The notes beneath the pieces are model-generated. The model was not told the DNA's origin. It made no database searches and was given only the letters and a program-made list of their open reading frames with translations. A stretch of 64,000 nucleotides of DNA from positions 166,196-230,195 of the forward strand of contig CAVRSI010000013.1 in the NCBI GenBank assembly GCA_963723855.1. The letters are read 5' to 3'. This document shows, in pieces, positions 57,091-64,000 of the stretch. A program made the translations under genes and the position numbers. The DNA comes from an uncultured Actinomycetes bacterium. GTDB lineage: Bacteria > Actinomycetota > UBA4738 > HRBIN12. The stretch's first letter is position 1; every line of letters begins with the position of its first letter.

Positions 57091-58972
57091 GCGCGAGCGG
57101 GTCGCTCTGGTTGATCCCGGCGCTGCCGCTGCTCGGTGCGGCGCTCAACCTGTTCGTCGGCAAGCGCCTCGGACGGTCGGCGGGCATCGTGGCCTCCGTC
57201 CTGGTGGCCGCATCCTTCGCCGTGTCGCTCGCCGTCGTCGGGAGCCTCCTGGGCTTGGGCGCCCAGGAACGGGTCCAGACGCAGCATCTGTTCGAATGGA
57301 TCCACGTCGGCTCGTTCTCGGTCGGGGCGACGCTCCGCCTGGATCCGCTCTCCGCCACGATGATCCTGGTGGTCACGGGGATCGGCCTGCTGATCCATGT
57401 CTACGCCGTCGGCTACATGCGCGACGATCCCCGTTACGGGCGCTTCTTCGCCTACATGAACCTGTTCGTGTTCTTCATGCTGATGCTGGTCCTCGGCCAG
57501 AACCTGCTCGTCCTCTACCTGGGCTGGGAGGGCGTCGGGCTCTGTTCGTATCTGTTGATCGGCTTCTGGTTCGAGAAGACCGAGAACGCGAACGCGGCGA
57601 AGAAGGCGTTCGTCACGACCAGGATCGGCGACACGGCGATGCTCATCGGTCTCGCCCTGATCGCGGTGAAGTTCGGGACGCTCGACTACACGGTCATCTT
57701 CGGGACGGCGGGGAGCACGCTCACGAAGTCGCGCGGCGACCGCGATCGCGCTGCTCCTGTTCGCCGGCGCGATCGGGAAGTCCGCCCAGGTCCCGCTGCA
57801 CGTCTGGCTCCCCGACGCCATGGCGGGTCCCACGCCCGTGTCGGCGCTCATCCACGCGGCCACGATGGTGACGGCCGGTGTCTACCTGGTCCTGCGGATG
57901 CACGTGATCTTCGAGATCTCGGGCGTGGCGCTGACCGTGGTGGCGGTGGTGGGCGTCGTGACGATGCTCTTCGCGGGGACGTGCGCGTTCGGCCAGGACG
58001 ACATCAAGCGCGTCCTGGCGTACTCCACGATCAGCCAGCTCGGGTTCATGTTCATCGCGGCGGGGCTGCGGGCGTACTCGATCGCGCTCTTCATGCTGGT
58101 CGCGCACGCGTTCTACAAGGCGCTGATGTTCCTCGGCGCCGGGTCGGTCATGCACGGGATGCACGACCACACCGACATGAAGCAGATGGGCGGGCTGCTG
58201 CGGCGGATGCCCGTCACCGGCGTCACGTTCGTGGTCGGCGCGCTTGCGCTGGCCGGCGTCTACCCGCTCTCGGGGTTCTTCGCCAAGGACGCGATCCTCG
58301 AGGTGGCGGACAACACCGGGCACACCTGGCTGTTCGTCCTCGGCGTCGTCGGTGCGCTCATCTCCTCGCTCTACATCGGGCGGCTGGTGTTCCTGACGTT
58401 CTTCGGCCGGCCTCGATCGGAGGAGGCGGAGCACGCCCATGAGTCCTCGCCCGTGATGACGATCCCGCTCATCGCGCTCGCCATCGGCGCGGCGACTGGC
58501 GAGCCTGCTCGACCTGAACCTGCACGGGGTCCTCTCGACGTTCGTCGAGCCGGTGCTGGGGGCCGTGCCCGAGGGATCGGTCGGGCTCACGCACGCGGCG
58601 ATCGTCGCGATCTCCTCGTCCATGGTCGTGATCGGCGTGCTCACGACCTGGTTCGTCTACGGCTCGGGGAACATCGATTGGCTCGCGCTCCGTGTCCGGA
58701 TGCAGCCCGCCCAGCGCGTGCTCGAACACGGCTGGTACGTGGACAACTACTACTCGGCGCTCCTGGTCACGCCGGGCAAGGCCGTCGCCGCGTGGCTCGC
58801 CTACGTCTTCGACACGCGGGTCATCGACGGCGTCGTGAACGGGATCGGGGCGTCCGTCCGGGCGCTGGCGCGCAGCGGGCGGCGGCTGCAGACCGGCCTC
58901 GTCCGCACGTACGCGCTGGCGTTCCTCGCGGGCGCGATCTGCCTCCTCGTCTATGTCGGGGTCCGGCTGTGA
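57087..58972 (+). CDS. nuoL: NADH-quinone oxidoreductase subunit L; two +1 frame breaks
   Basis: Three track fragments (57087-, 57820- and 58553-58972) join. Breaks near GG 57735-57736 and about 58490-58497. Contains [47 protein letters not shown] and [10 protein letters not shown]. Length 1886 = 3n+2. Confidence 0.9.
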
Positions 58973-60508
58973 GCGATCACCTCCTGTCGATCGTGACGTT
59001 CCTCCCGCTCCTGGGGGCCGTCGTCGTGCTGCTGTGGCGGGGCGCCTCCGACGACTCGGCTCGATGGGCCACGATGCTCACCGCGGTCGTCACGTTCATC
59101 GTCTCCCTCGCCATCCTCGGCCGGTTCGATCGCGCCGACGCCGGGTTCCAGATGGTGGAGCGCGCCACCTGGGTGAAGAGCATCGGGCTGCAGTACCTGG
59201 TCGGCATCGACGGCGTCAGCCTCTGGATGGTGCTGCTGACCACGTTCCTGTTCCCGTTGTCGGTGCTGGCGTCGTGGAGGGTGGAGAAGAACGTCCGGCT
59301 GTACATGGTGTCGATGCTCGTGCTCGAGACCGCCGTGCTCGGGTCGTTCGTGGCGCTCGACCTGTTGCTCTTCTTCGTGTTCTTCGAGGCGCTGCTCGTT
59401 CCGATGTACCTGATCATCGGGGGATGGGGCGGCGAACGACGCATCTACGCGGCGGTCAAGTTCTTCCTGTACACGATGGCGGGCTCCGCGTTCCTCTTGG
59501 TGGGCATCCTGTTCCTGTACTCGCGGTCCGCCGGACCGGTGGGTCACGGGACGTTCGATATCCAGCAGCTGACGTCGGTGGCGGGCTGCCTTGCCGGCGA
59601 GCACCGCGCGCTGGCTGTTCCTCGCGTTCTTCGTGGCGTTCGCGGTCAAGGTCCCGCTGTTCCCGCTCCACACGTGGCTTCCCGATGCGCACACCGAAGC
59701 GCCGACGGCGGGCTCGGTCCTGCTGGCGGGCGTCCTGTTGAAGGTCGGCGCGTACGGGTTGATCCGCTTCAACCTGCAGCTCTTCCCCGACGCCGCGAAG
59801 TACTTCGCGTCGGCCGTCTCCATCCTGGCGGTGATCGGCATCATCTACGGCGCCGTGGTCGCGCTGATCCAGACGGACATCAAACGCCTGGTCGCGTACT
59901 CCTCCGTCTCGCACCTGGGGTTCGTCGTCCTCGGCATCTTCGCGTTCACCGACCAGGGCGTGACGGGTGGCGTCCTGCAGATGGTGAACCACGGCCTGTC
60001 GACGGGCGCGCTCTTCTTGCTGGTCGGGATGGTCTACGAGCGAACGCATACGCGTGATCTCGGCAAGATGGGGGGCCTCGCCGTCGTCATGCCCTGGCTC
60101 ACCGGTGCCTTCTTGTTCGCGGTCGTCTCCTCCGTGGGCTTGCCGGGGTTGAACAACTTCGTCGGCGAGTTCCTGGTGATCCTGGGGTCGTTCGCCGTGA
60201 ACCGGTGGTTCGGCGCGCTGGCGGCGGTCGCGGTGATCCTGGCGGCCATCTACCTGCTCTGGTCCTACCAGCGGATGGCGTACGGACCCATCCACGAGGA
60301 GCATTCGTTGCTGCCGGACGTGAACCTCCGCGAGGTGCTGGTCCTGGCACCGGTCCTGACGCTCCTGCTCGTGTTCGGCGTCTTCCCGAAGCTCCTGACC
60401 GACCGGATCGACCCGACGGCGAAGGCCGTGGTCACGCACGTCGCCCCCGACCATCTCACCGATGTCGGCGCGACGGCCGTCGTGCAGGCGAACGGAGCCG
60501 GTTCCTGA
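58969..60508 (+). CDS. nuoM: NADH-quinone oxidoreductase subunit M; one +1 frame break
   Basis: GTGA overlap with nuoL. Break near 59583-59590. Contains FFEALLVPMYLIIGGWGG, VKVPLFPLHTWLPDAHTEAPTAGSVLLAG and LVAYSSVSHLG. Length 1540 = 3n+1. Confidence 0.9.
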
Positions 60509-61956
60509 TGCCGACGCCCAAGCTCGAGTTCGCGCCGATCCTGCCCGAGCTGTTCCTGTGCGGCGTCGCGATCGCGGGGCTGCTGTACGAGGCGATGGCC
60601 CCGAAGACCGACCGGCGGTGGCACCTGGTGCTCGCCATGTCCGGGCTGGTCGCCGCGGCGCTCGCCACGTTCCCGCTCTGGCACTGGACGGGGGATCGCA
60701 CGGTCATGGGGCAGATGGTCTCGGTCGACCGCTTCTCCGTCGTGTCCCGTTTGATCCTGCTGGGGATCGCGGCGATGGGGCTGCTGCTGGGCACGCACTA
60801 TTTCGCACGGTCCGGCGACGCGTTCCGCGGGGAGTTCTATCCGCTCGTCCTGTTCGCCACGGCGGGGATGACGTTGATCACGGCCGCGGCCGACCTCATC
60901 CTCGTGTTCCTGTCCCTCGAGATCCTGTCGCTGTCCCTCTACGTCTTGACCGGCATCACCGGGCGCCGCAACTCGAACGAGGCTGCCATGAAGTACTTCC
61001 TGTTGGGGGCGTTCTCGTCGGCGTTCTTCCTGTTCGGGGTCGCGTGGGCGTACGGGGCGACGGGCACGACGAACATCACGGCCATCGCGAACGCGCTCGC
61101 CGGGCGGACCGGCGACCAGGGTCTCGCCTTGCTCGCGTTCGTGTTCCTCACGATCGGGTTCGGGTTCAAGGTGTCGGCGGTGCCGTTCCATCAATGGACC
61201 CCCGACGTCTACCAGGGCGCGCCCACGCCGGTGACGGCGTTCATGTCGGCGGCGACCAAGGTGGCGGCGTTCCTGGCCCTGGTCCGCGTCCTGGACGTGG
61301 CCCTCCAACCGCTGTCGTGGGACTGGGTGCCGGTGATCTGGGTCCTGGCGGCGGCGTCCGTGATCGTCGGGAGCGTGCTCGCGATCGCCCAGTCCGACAT
61401 CAAACGGATGCTCGCCTACTCGAGCATCGCGCACGCCGGGTTCATCCTCACGGGCCTGACGTCGTCGGACCAGACCGGGATCCGCGCGGCGATGTTCTAC
61501 CTGATCGCGTACGCCCTGATGACGCTGGGAGCGTTCGGCGTGGTGATGCTGGTGTCGGCCAGAGGCGAAGAACAGACGTCCCTCACGTCGTACGCGGGCC
61601 TCTCCAAGCGCAGCCCCCTGCTGGCCGGGCTGATGACGCTGTTCCTGCTGTCACTCGCCGGTATCCCGCCCACGGTCGGGTTCGTTGCCAAGGTGGGGGT
61701 CTTCAGCGCGGCGATCCGCGCGGGTCACACGTCCCTGGCTCTGATCGGCGTGGTCGCGAGCGTGGCCGCGGCGTTCTTCTACCTGCGGGTGATCGTCTTG
61801 ATGTACATGCAAGAACCGCAGGGGAGCCTGGACGAGGATCGATCCCTCATGCCGAGGGTCGCGATCGCGATCCCGGCTATCCTCACGCTGGTCCTCGGCA
61901 TCTTCCCCGGCCTCATCGTGGGGATCCTCGAGAGGGCCTCGATCCTCAGGTGGTGA
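60508..61956 (+). CDS. nuoN: NADH-quinone oxidoreductase subunit N
   Basis: 482 aa, intact. Contains FKVSAVPFHQWTPDVYQGAPTPVTAFM and MLAYSSIAHAGF. Confidence 0.93.
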   Translation: MPTPKLEFAPILPELFLCGVAIAGLLYEAMAPKTDRRWHLVLAMSGLVAAALATFPLWHWTGDRTVMGQMVSVDRFSVVSRLILLGIAAMGLLLGTHYFARSGDAFRGEFYPLVLFATAGMTLITAAADLILVFLSLEILSLSLYVLTGITGRRNSNEAAMKYFLLGAFSSAFFLFGVAWAYGATGTTNITAIANALAGRTGDQGLALLAFVFLTIGFGFKVSAVPFHQWTPDVYQGAPTPVTAFMSAATKVAAFLALVRVLDVALQPLSWDWVPVIWVLAAASVIVGSVLAIAQSDIKRMLAYSSIAHAGFILTGLTSSDQTGIRAAMFYLIAYALMTLGAFGVVMLVSARGEEQTSLTSYAGLSKRSPLLAGLMTLFLLSLAGIPPTVGFVAKVGVFSAAIRAGHTSLALIGVVASVAAAFFYLRVIVLMYMQEPQGSLDEDRSLMPRVAIAIPAILTLVLGIFPGLIVGILERASILRW

Positions 61957-61957
61957 G

Positions 61958-62971
61958 ATGAGCCGAAGGGTGATCCCGGGACTGGAGCCGCCGGACGCGG
62001 CGCTCGAGGCCGACATCCGCGCGCGCCTCGACCAGGTCGAGCAGGCGTTGGAGAAGTCCGTGCGCGTGGAATCGTCGGGCCTGCTCTCCGAGACGTCGTC
62101 CTACCTGATCGCCGCCGGGGGCAAACGTTTCCGAGCGATGCTGGTGCTGCTGGCGGGCTACTTCGGCGATCCGTCGGATCCGCGGCTGATCGGCGGCTCC
62201 GTGTCGATCGAGCTGGTGCACCTGGCGACCCTGTACCACGACGACGTGATCGACGAGGCCGATGCCCGTCGCGGAGCGCCGTCGGCCAACATGCGCTGGG
62301 ACAACACGGTTGCGATCCTCTCCGGGGACTTCCTGTTCGCCCGGGCCTCCGAGATCTCGACGGAGCTGGGCGCCGACGTGTGCCGGCTCCTCGCCCGCAC
62401 CATCGCCATCCTCTGTGACGGACAGATCCGCGAGGTGGACAGCTCGGCCAAGGTGGAGCAGCCCGAGAGCAACTACCTGGAGATCATCCGGCGCAAGACC
62501 GCCTCGTTGATCGCCACGTCGTGCCGGCTCGGGGGCATGCTCTCGGACGCCACGCCCGAGCACACGGACATCCTGGAGGAGTTCGGCGACGCGCTGGGGA
62601 TGGCCTTCCAGCTCTCCGACGACATCATGGACATCACGGCGACACAGCTCGAGCTGGGCAAGGAGCCGGGCTCGGATCTCCGCCTCGGCGTCTACACCGC
62701 CCCGATCCTGCACGCGCTGGCCCACGACGAGCATCGCGAGGAGCTGGCGCGGATCCTGGGACACGGGGCTCCGGACGGCGAGTTCCTGGATCGAGCGCTC
62801 GAGATCGTGCGCGCCGGGGGTTCGATCGACCATGCCCGCAGGGCCGTCACGGGCGAGGTCGGGAGGGCGATCGGGCTGGCCAGGAGGCTGCCGCCGGGTC
62901 CGGCACAGCACGCGCTGGAGCAGCTCGCGCGCTTCCTCGCGGCTCGCTGCGGAGCGGAGCAAACACCGTGA
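61958..62971 (+). CDS. Long-chain polyprenyl diphosphate synthase (menaquinone side-chain type)
   Basis: 337 aa, intact. Has DDxxD motifs (LYHDDVIDEAD, FQLSDDIMD) and GKRFRAMLVLLAG. Starts 2 nt after the nuoN stop. Confidence 0.88.
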   Translation: MSRRVIPGLEPPDAALEADIRARLDQVEQALEKSVRVESSGLLSETSSYLIAAGGKRFRAMLVLLAGYFGDPSDPRLIGGSVSIELVHLATLYHDDVIDEADARRGAPSANMRWDNTVAILSGDFLFARASEISTELGADVCRLLARTIAILCDGQIREVDSSAKVEQPESNYLEIIRRKTASLIATSCRLGGMLSDATPEHTDILEEFGDALGMAFQLSDDIMDITATQLELGKEPGSDLRLGVYTAPILHALAHDEHREELARILGHGAPDGEFLDRALEIVRAGGSIDHARRAVTGEVGRAIGLARRLPPGPAQHALEQLARFLAARCGAEQTP

Positions 62972-62993
62972 GTGATCCTGCTAGGATCCGCGC

Positions 62994-63011
62994 TCGGGAA
63001 ATCGTTCACAA
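62994..63011. promoter_or_regulatory. Rex operator-like site TCGGGAAATCGTTCACAA upstream of the second nuoA
   Basis: Matches the consensus at 12 of 14 defined positions; the right half is perfect. Ends 2 nt before GTG 63014. Confidence 0.45.
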
Positions 63012-63013
63012 AC

Positions 63014-63379
63014 GTGCCTAACTACTATGAGTCGTACGCGGTAGTACTCGCGGTCGCCGTGGCGGGCGTCGCCCTCGTCGTCGTCGCGTTCGGGACCGCC
63101 CGGCTCATCGCTCCCCATCGCCCCCTCCCGTCGAAGCTCACGACGTACGAGTGCGGCATCGATCCGGTGGGCAAGGGCTGGGCGCAGAGCGAGGTCCGCT
63201 ACTACATCTACGGCTTCCTCTTCGTGATCTTCGACGTGGAGAGCGTGTTCCTCTTCCCGTGGGCCCGGGTCTTCCAGGGACTCGGGTACACGGCCGTGGG
63301 CGAGATGGGCGTGTTCATCGCGATCCTGGCGGTGGGCCTGTTGTACGCCTGGCGCAAGGGGGTGCTGAAGTGGGTCTGA
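63014..63379 (+). CDS. nuoA: NADH-quinone oxidoreductase subunit A, second copy
   Basis: ORF track 62972-63379; GTG at 63014 gives a typical length. Contains YECGIDP...[22 protein letters not shown]. Confidence 0.85.
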   Translation: MPNYYESYAVVLAVAVAGVALVVVAFGTARLIAPHRPLPSKLTTYECGIDPVGKGWAQSEVRYYIYGFLFVIFDVESVFLFPWARVFQGLGYTAVGEMGVFIAILAVGLLYAWRKGVLKWV

Positions 63380-63882
63380 TCACCGAGCGAACCCCCATCC
63401 CGAAGATCCAGCCGGTCAAGTTCATCCTCAACTGGGGACGCAGGTACTCCCTGTGGGTCATGAACTTCGGTTTGGCCTGCTGCGCGATCGAGCTGATCGC
63501 CACGTCCACCTCGAAGCACGACTTCATCCGGCTCGGTGTGATCCCGTTCGCGCACGGCCCGCGCCAGGCCGACCTGCTCATCGTGGCGGGCACGCTGACC
63601 GACAAGATGGCCCCGGCCCTGGAGCGCGTCTACGACCAGATCCCCGATCCCAAGTACGTGATCTCGTTCGGGTCGTGCTCCAACTGCGGCGGACCCTACT
63701 GGGACTCCTACTCCGTGACGAAGGGGGTCGACCAGATCCTCCCCGTCGACGTCTACGTCCCGGGCTGCCCTCCGCGGCCCGAGGCGCTCCTGCACGGCAT
63801 CATCCGCCTGCAGGAGAAGATCAAGGACGAGAACATCGAGGAGAAGTTCAGTGGCCGGGACTCCGCACCCGCTCTCCCCTGA
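63370..63882 (+). CDS. nuoB: NADH-quinone oxidoreductase subunit B, second copy
   Basis: GTG at 63370. Contains [23 protein letters not shown] and VPGCPP. Confidence 0.9.
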   Translation: MGLITERTPIPKIQPVKFILNWGRRYSLWVMNFGLACCAIELIATSTSKHDFIRLGVIPFAHGPRQADLLIVAGTLTDKMAPALERVYDQIPDPKYVISFGSCSNCGGPYWDSYSVTKGVDQILPVDVYVPGCPPRPEALLHGIIRLQEKIKDENIEEKFSGRDSAPALP

Positions 63883-64000
63883 CGAGACGGCCTCCCGGCT
63901 CCGAGCCCATTTCGGGGAGGACATCGTTGAGGCCGTGGAGCAGCACGGCCACGCGGTCGCCACGGTCTCGATCGACCGGTACCACGACGTCTGCCGGTTC
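63851..64000 (+). CDS. nuoC: NADH-quinone oxidoreductase subunit C, second copy (3' end outside window)
   Basis: GTG at 63851. Reads ...[35 protein letters not shown], a typical NuoC N-terminus. Runs to the window edge in frame. Confidence 0.7.
   Translation, partial: MAGTPHPLSPDETASRLRAHFGEDIVEAVEQHGHAVATVSIDRYHDVCRF

Noticed and set aside
1-64000. tRNA, rRNA or other structured RNA genes in the intergenic regions (3946-4105, 13224-13472, 16381-16433, 32882-33090, 36427-36533, 46149-46264)
   Set aside because: There is no cloverleaf-compatible sequence and no rRNA-like conservation. The gaps are short and are explained by promoters, operators or hairpins.

Overview
This is a very GC-rich chromosomal segment (by eye; not computed). 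It looks like Actinomycetota, based on ribosomal protein bS22, the ClpS-DUF2017 pair, Rex, and lipoprotein-type CtaC and TlpA. It is core metabolism and is dominated by the aerobic respiratory chain.

Gene content, left to right:
- 1-13.2 kb: proline, ornithine and amino-acid catabolism (TetR, proline dehydrogenase, proC, FAH, P5C dehydrogenase, two class-III aminotransferases, CoA-transferase A/B, AcuC-like deacetylase) ending in pyruvate kinase.
- 13.4-21 kb: housekeeping and miscellaneous genes (DUF2017, clpS, SDR, excisionase-type HTH, a Clp1-like P-loop kinase, bS22, a lipoprotein hydrolase, a DUF62 SAM hydrolase).
- 21.3-25.6 kb: a DUF4331/TPR/NicO-type metal-transporter operon.
- 25.6-28 kb: an ECF sigma/anti-sigma pair, a glutaredoxin-like protein and rex.
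- 28-32.9 kb, minus strand: an unusual eight-gene b6f-like Rieske/cytochrome b operon that includes a 2x[4Fe-4S] ferredoxin.
- 33.1-42.9 kb: ccdA-resB-ccsB, then a caa3-type oxidase operon (ctaC-D-E, subunit IV family, ctaG), a membrane-anchored tandem cupredoxin and a TlpA-type redoxin.
- 42.9-47.5 kb: a fused ctaA-ctaB, a polyprenyl synthase, a PPOX-family protein and a geranylgeranyl reductase.
- 47.5-62 kb: a complete nuoA-N operon.
- 62-64 kb: a second polyprenyl synthase and the start of a second nuo operon (nuoA2, B2, C2).

Rex-operator-like palindromes (TTGTGAA-N4-TTCACAA) sit upstream of the bc-like operon/ccdA divergent region, of the geranylgeranyl-reductase/nuo-1 unit, and of nuo-2.

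Major caveat: many genes carry single-base frame breaks. Almost all are +1 insertions, most of them placeable in short G or C runs. About 18 are scattered through the respiratory genes. At least 30 are packed into 22.09-26.13 kb.
- Several giant ORFs in the supplied track are read-through artefacts of these breaks: 4106-7027, 28116-29684, 35469-37217, 37651-40344 and 57820-60057.
- I give repaired gene models and state where each break is.

No rRNA, tRNA, CRISPR array or mobile element was recognised.
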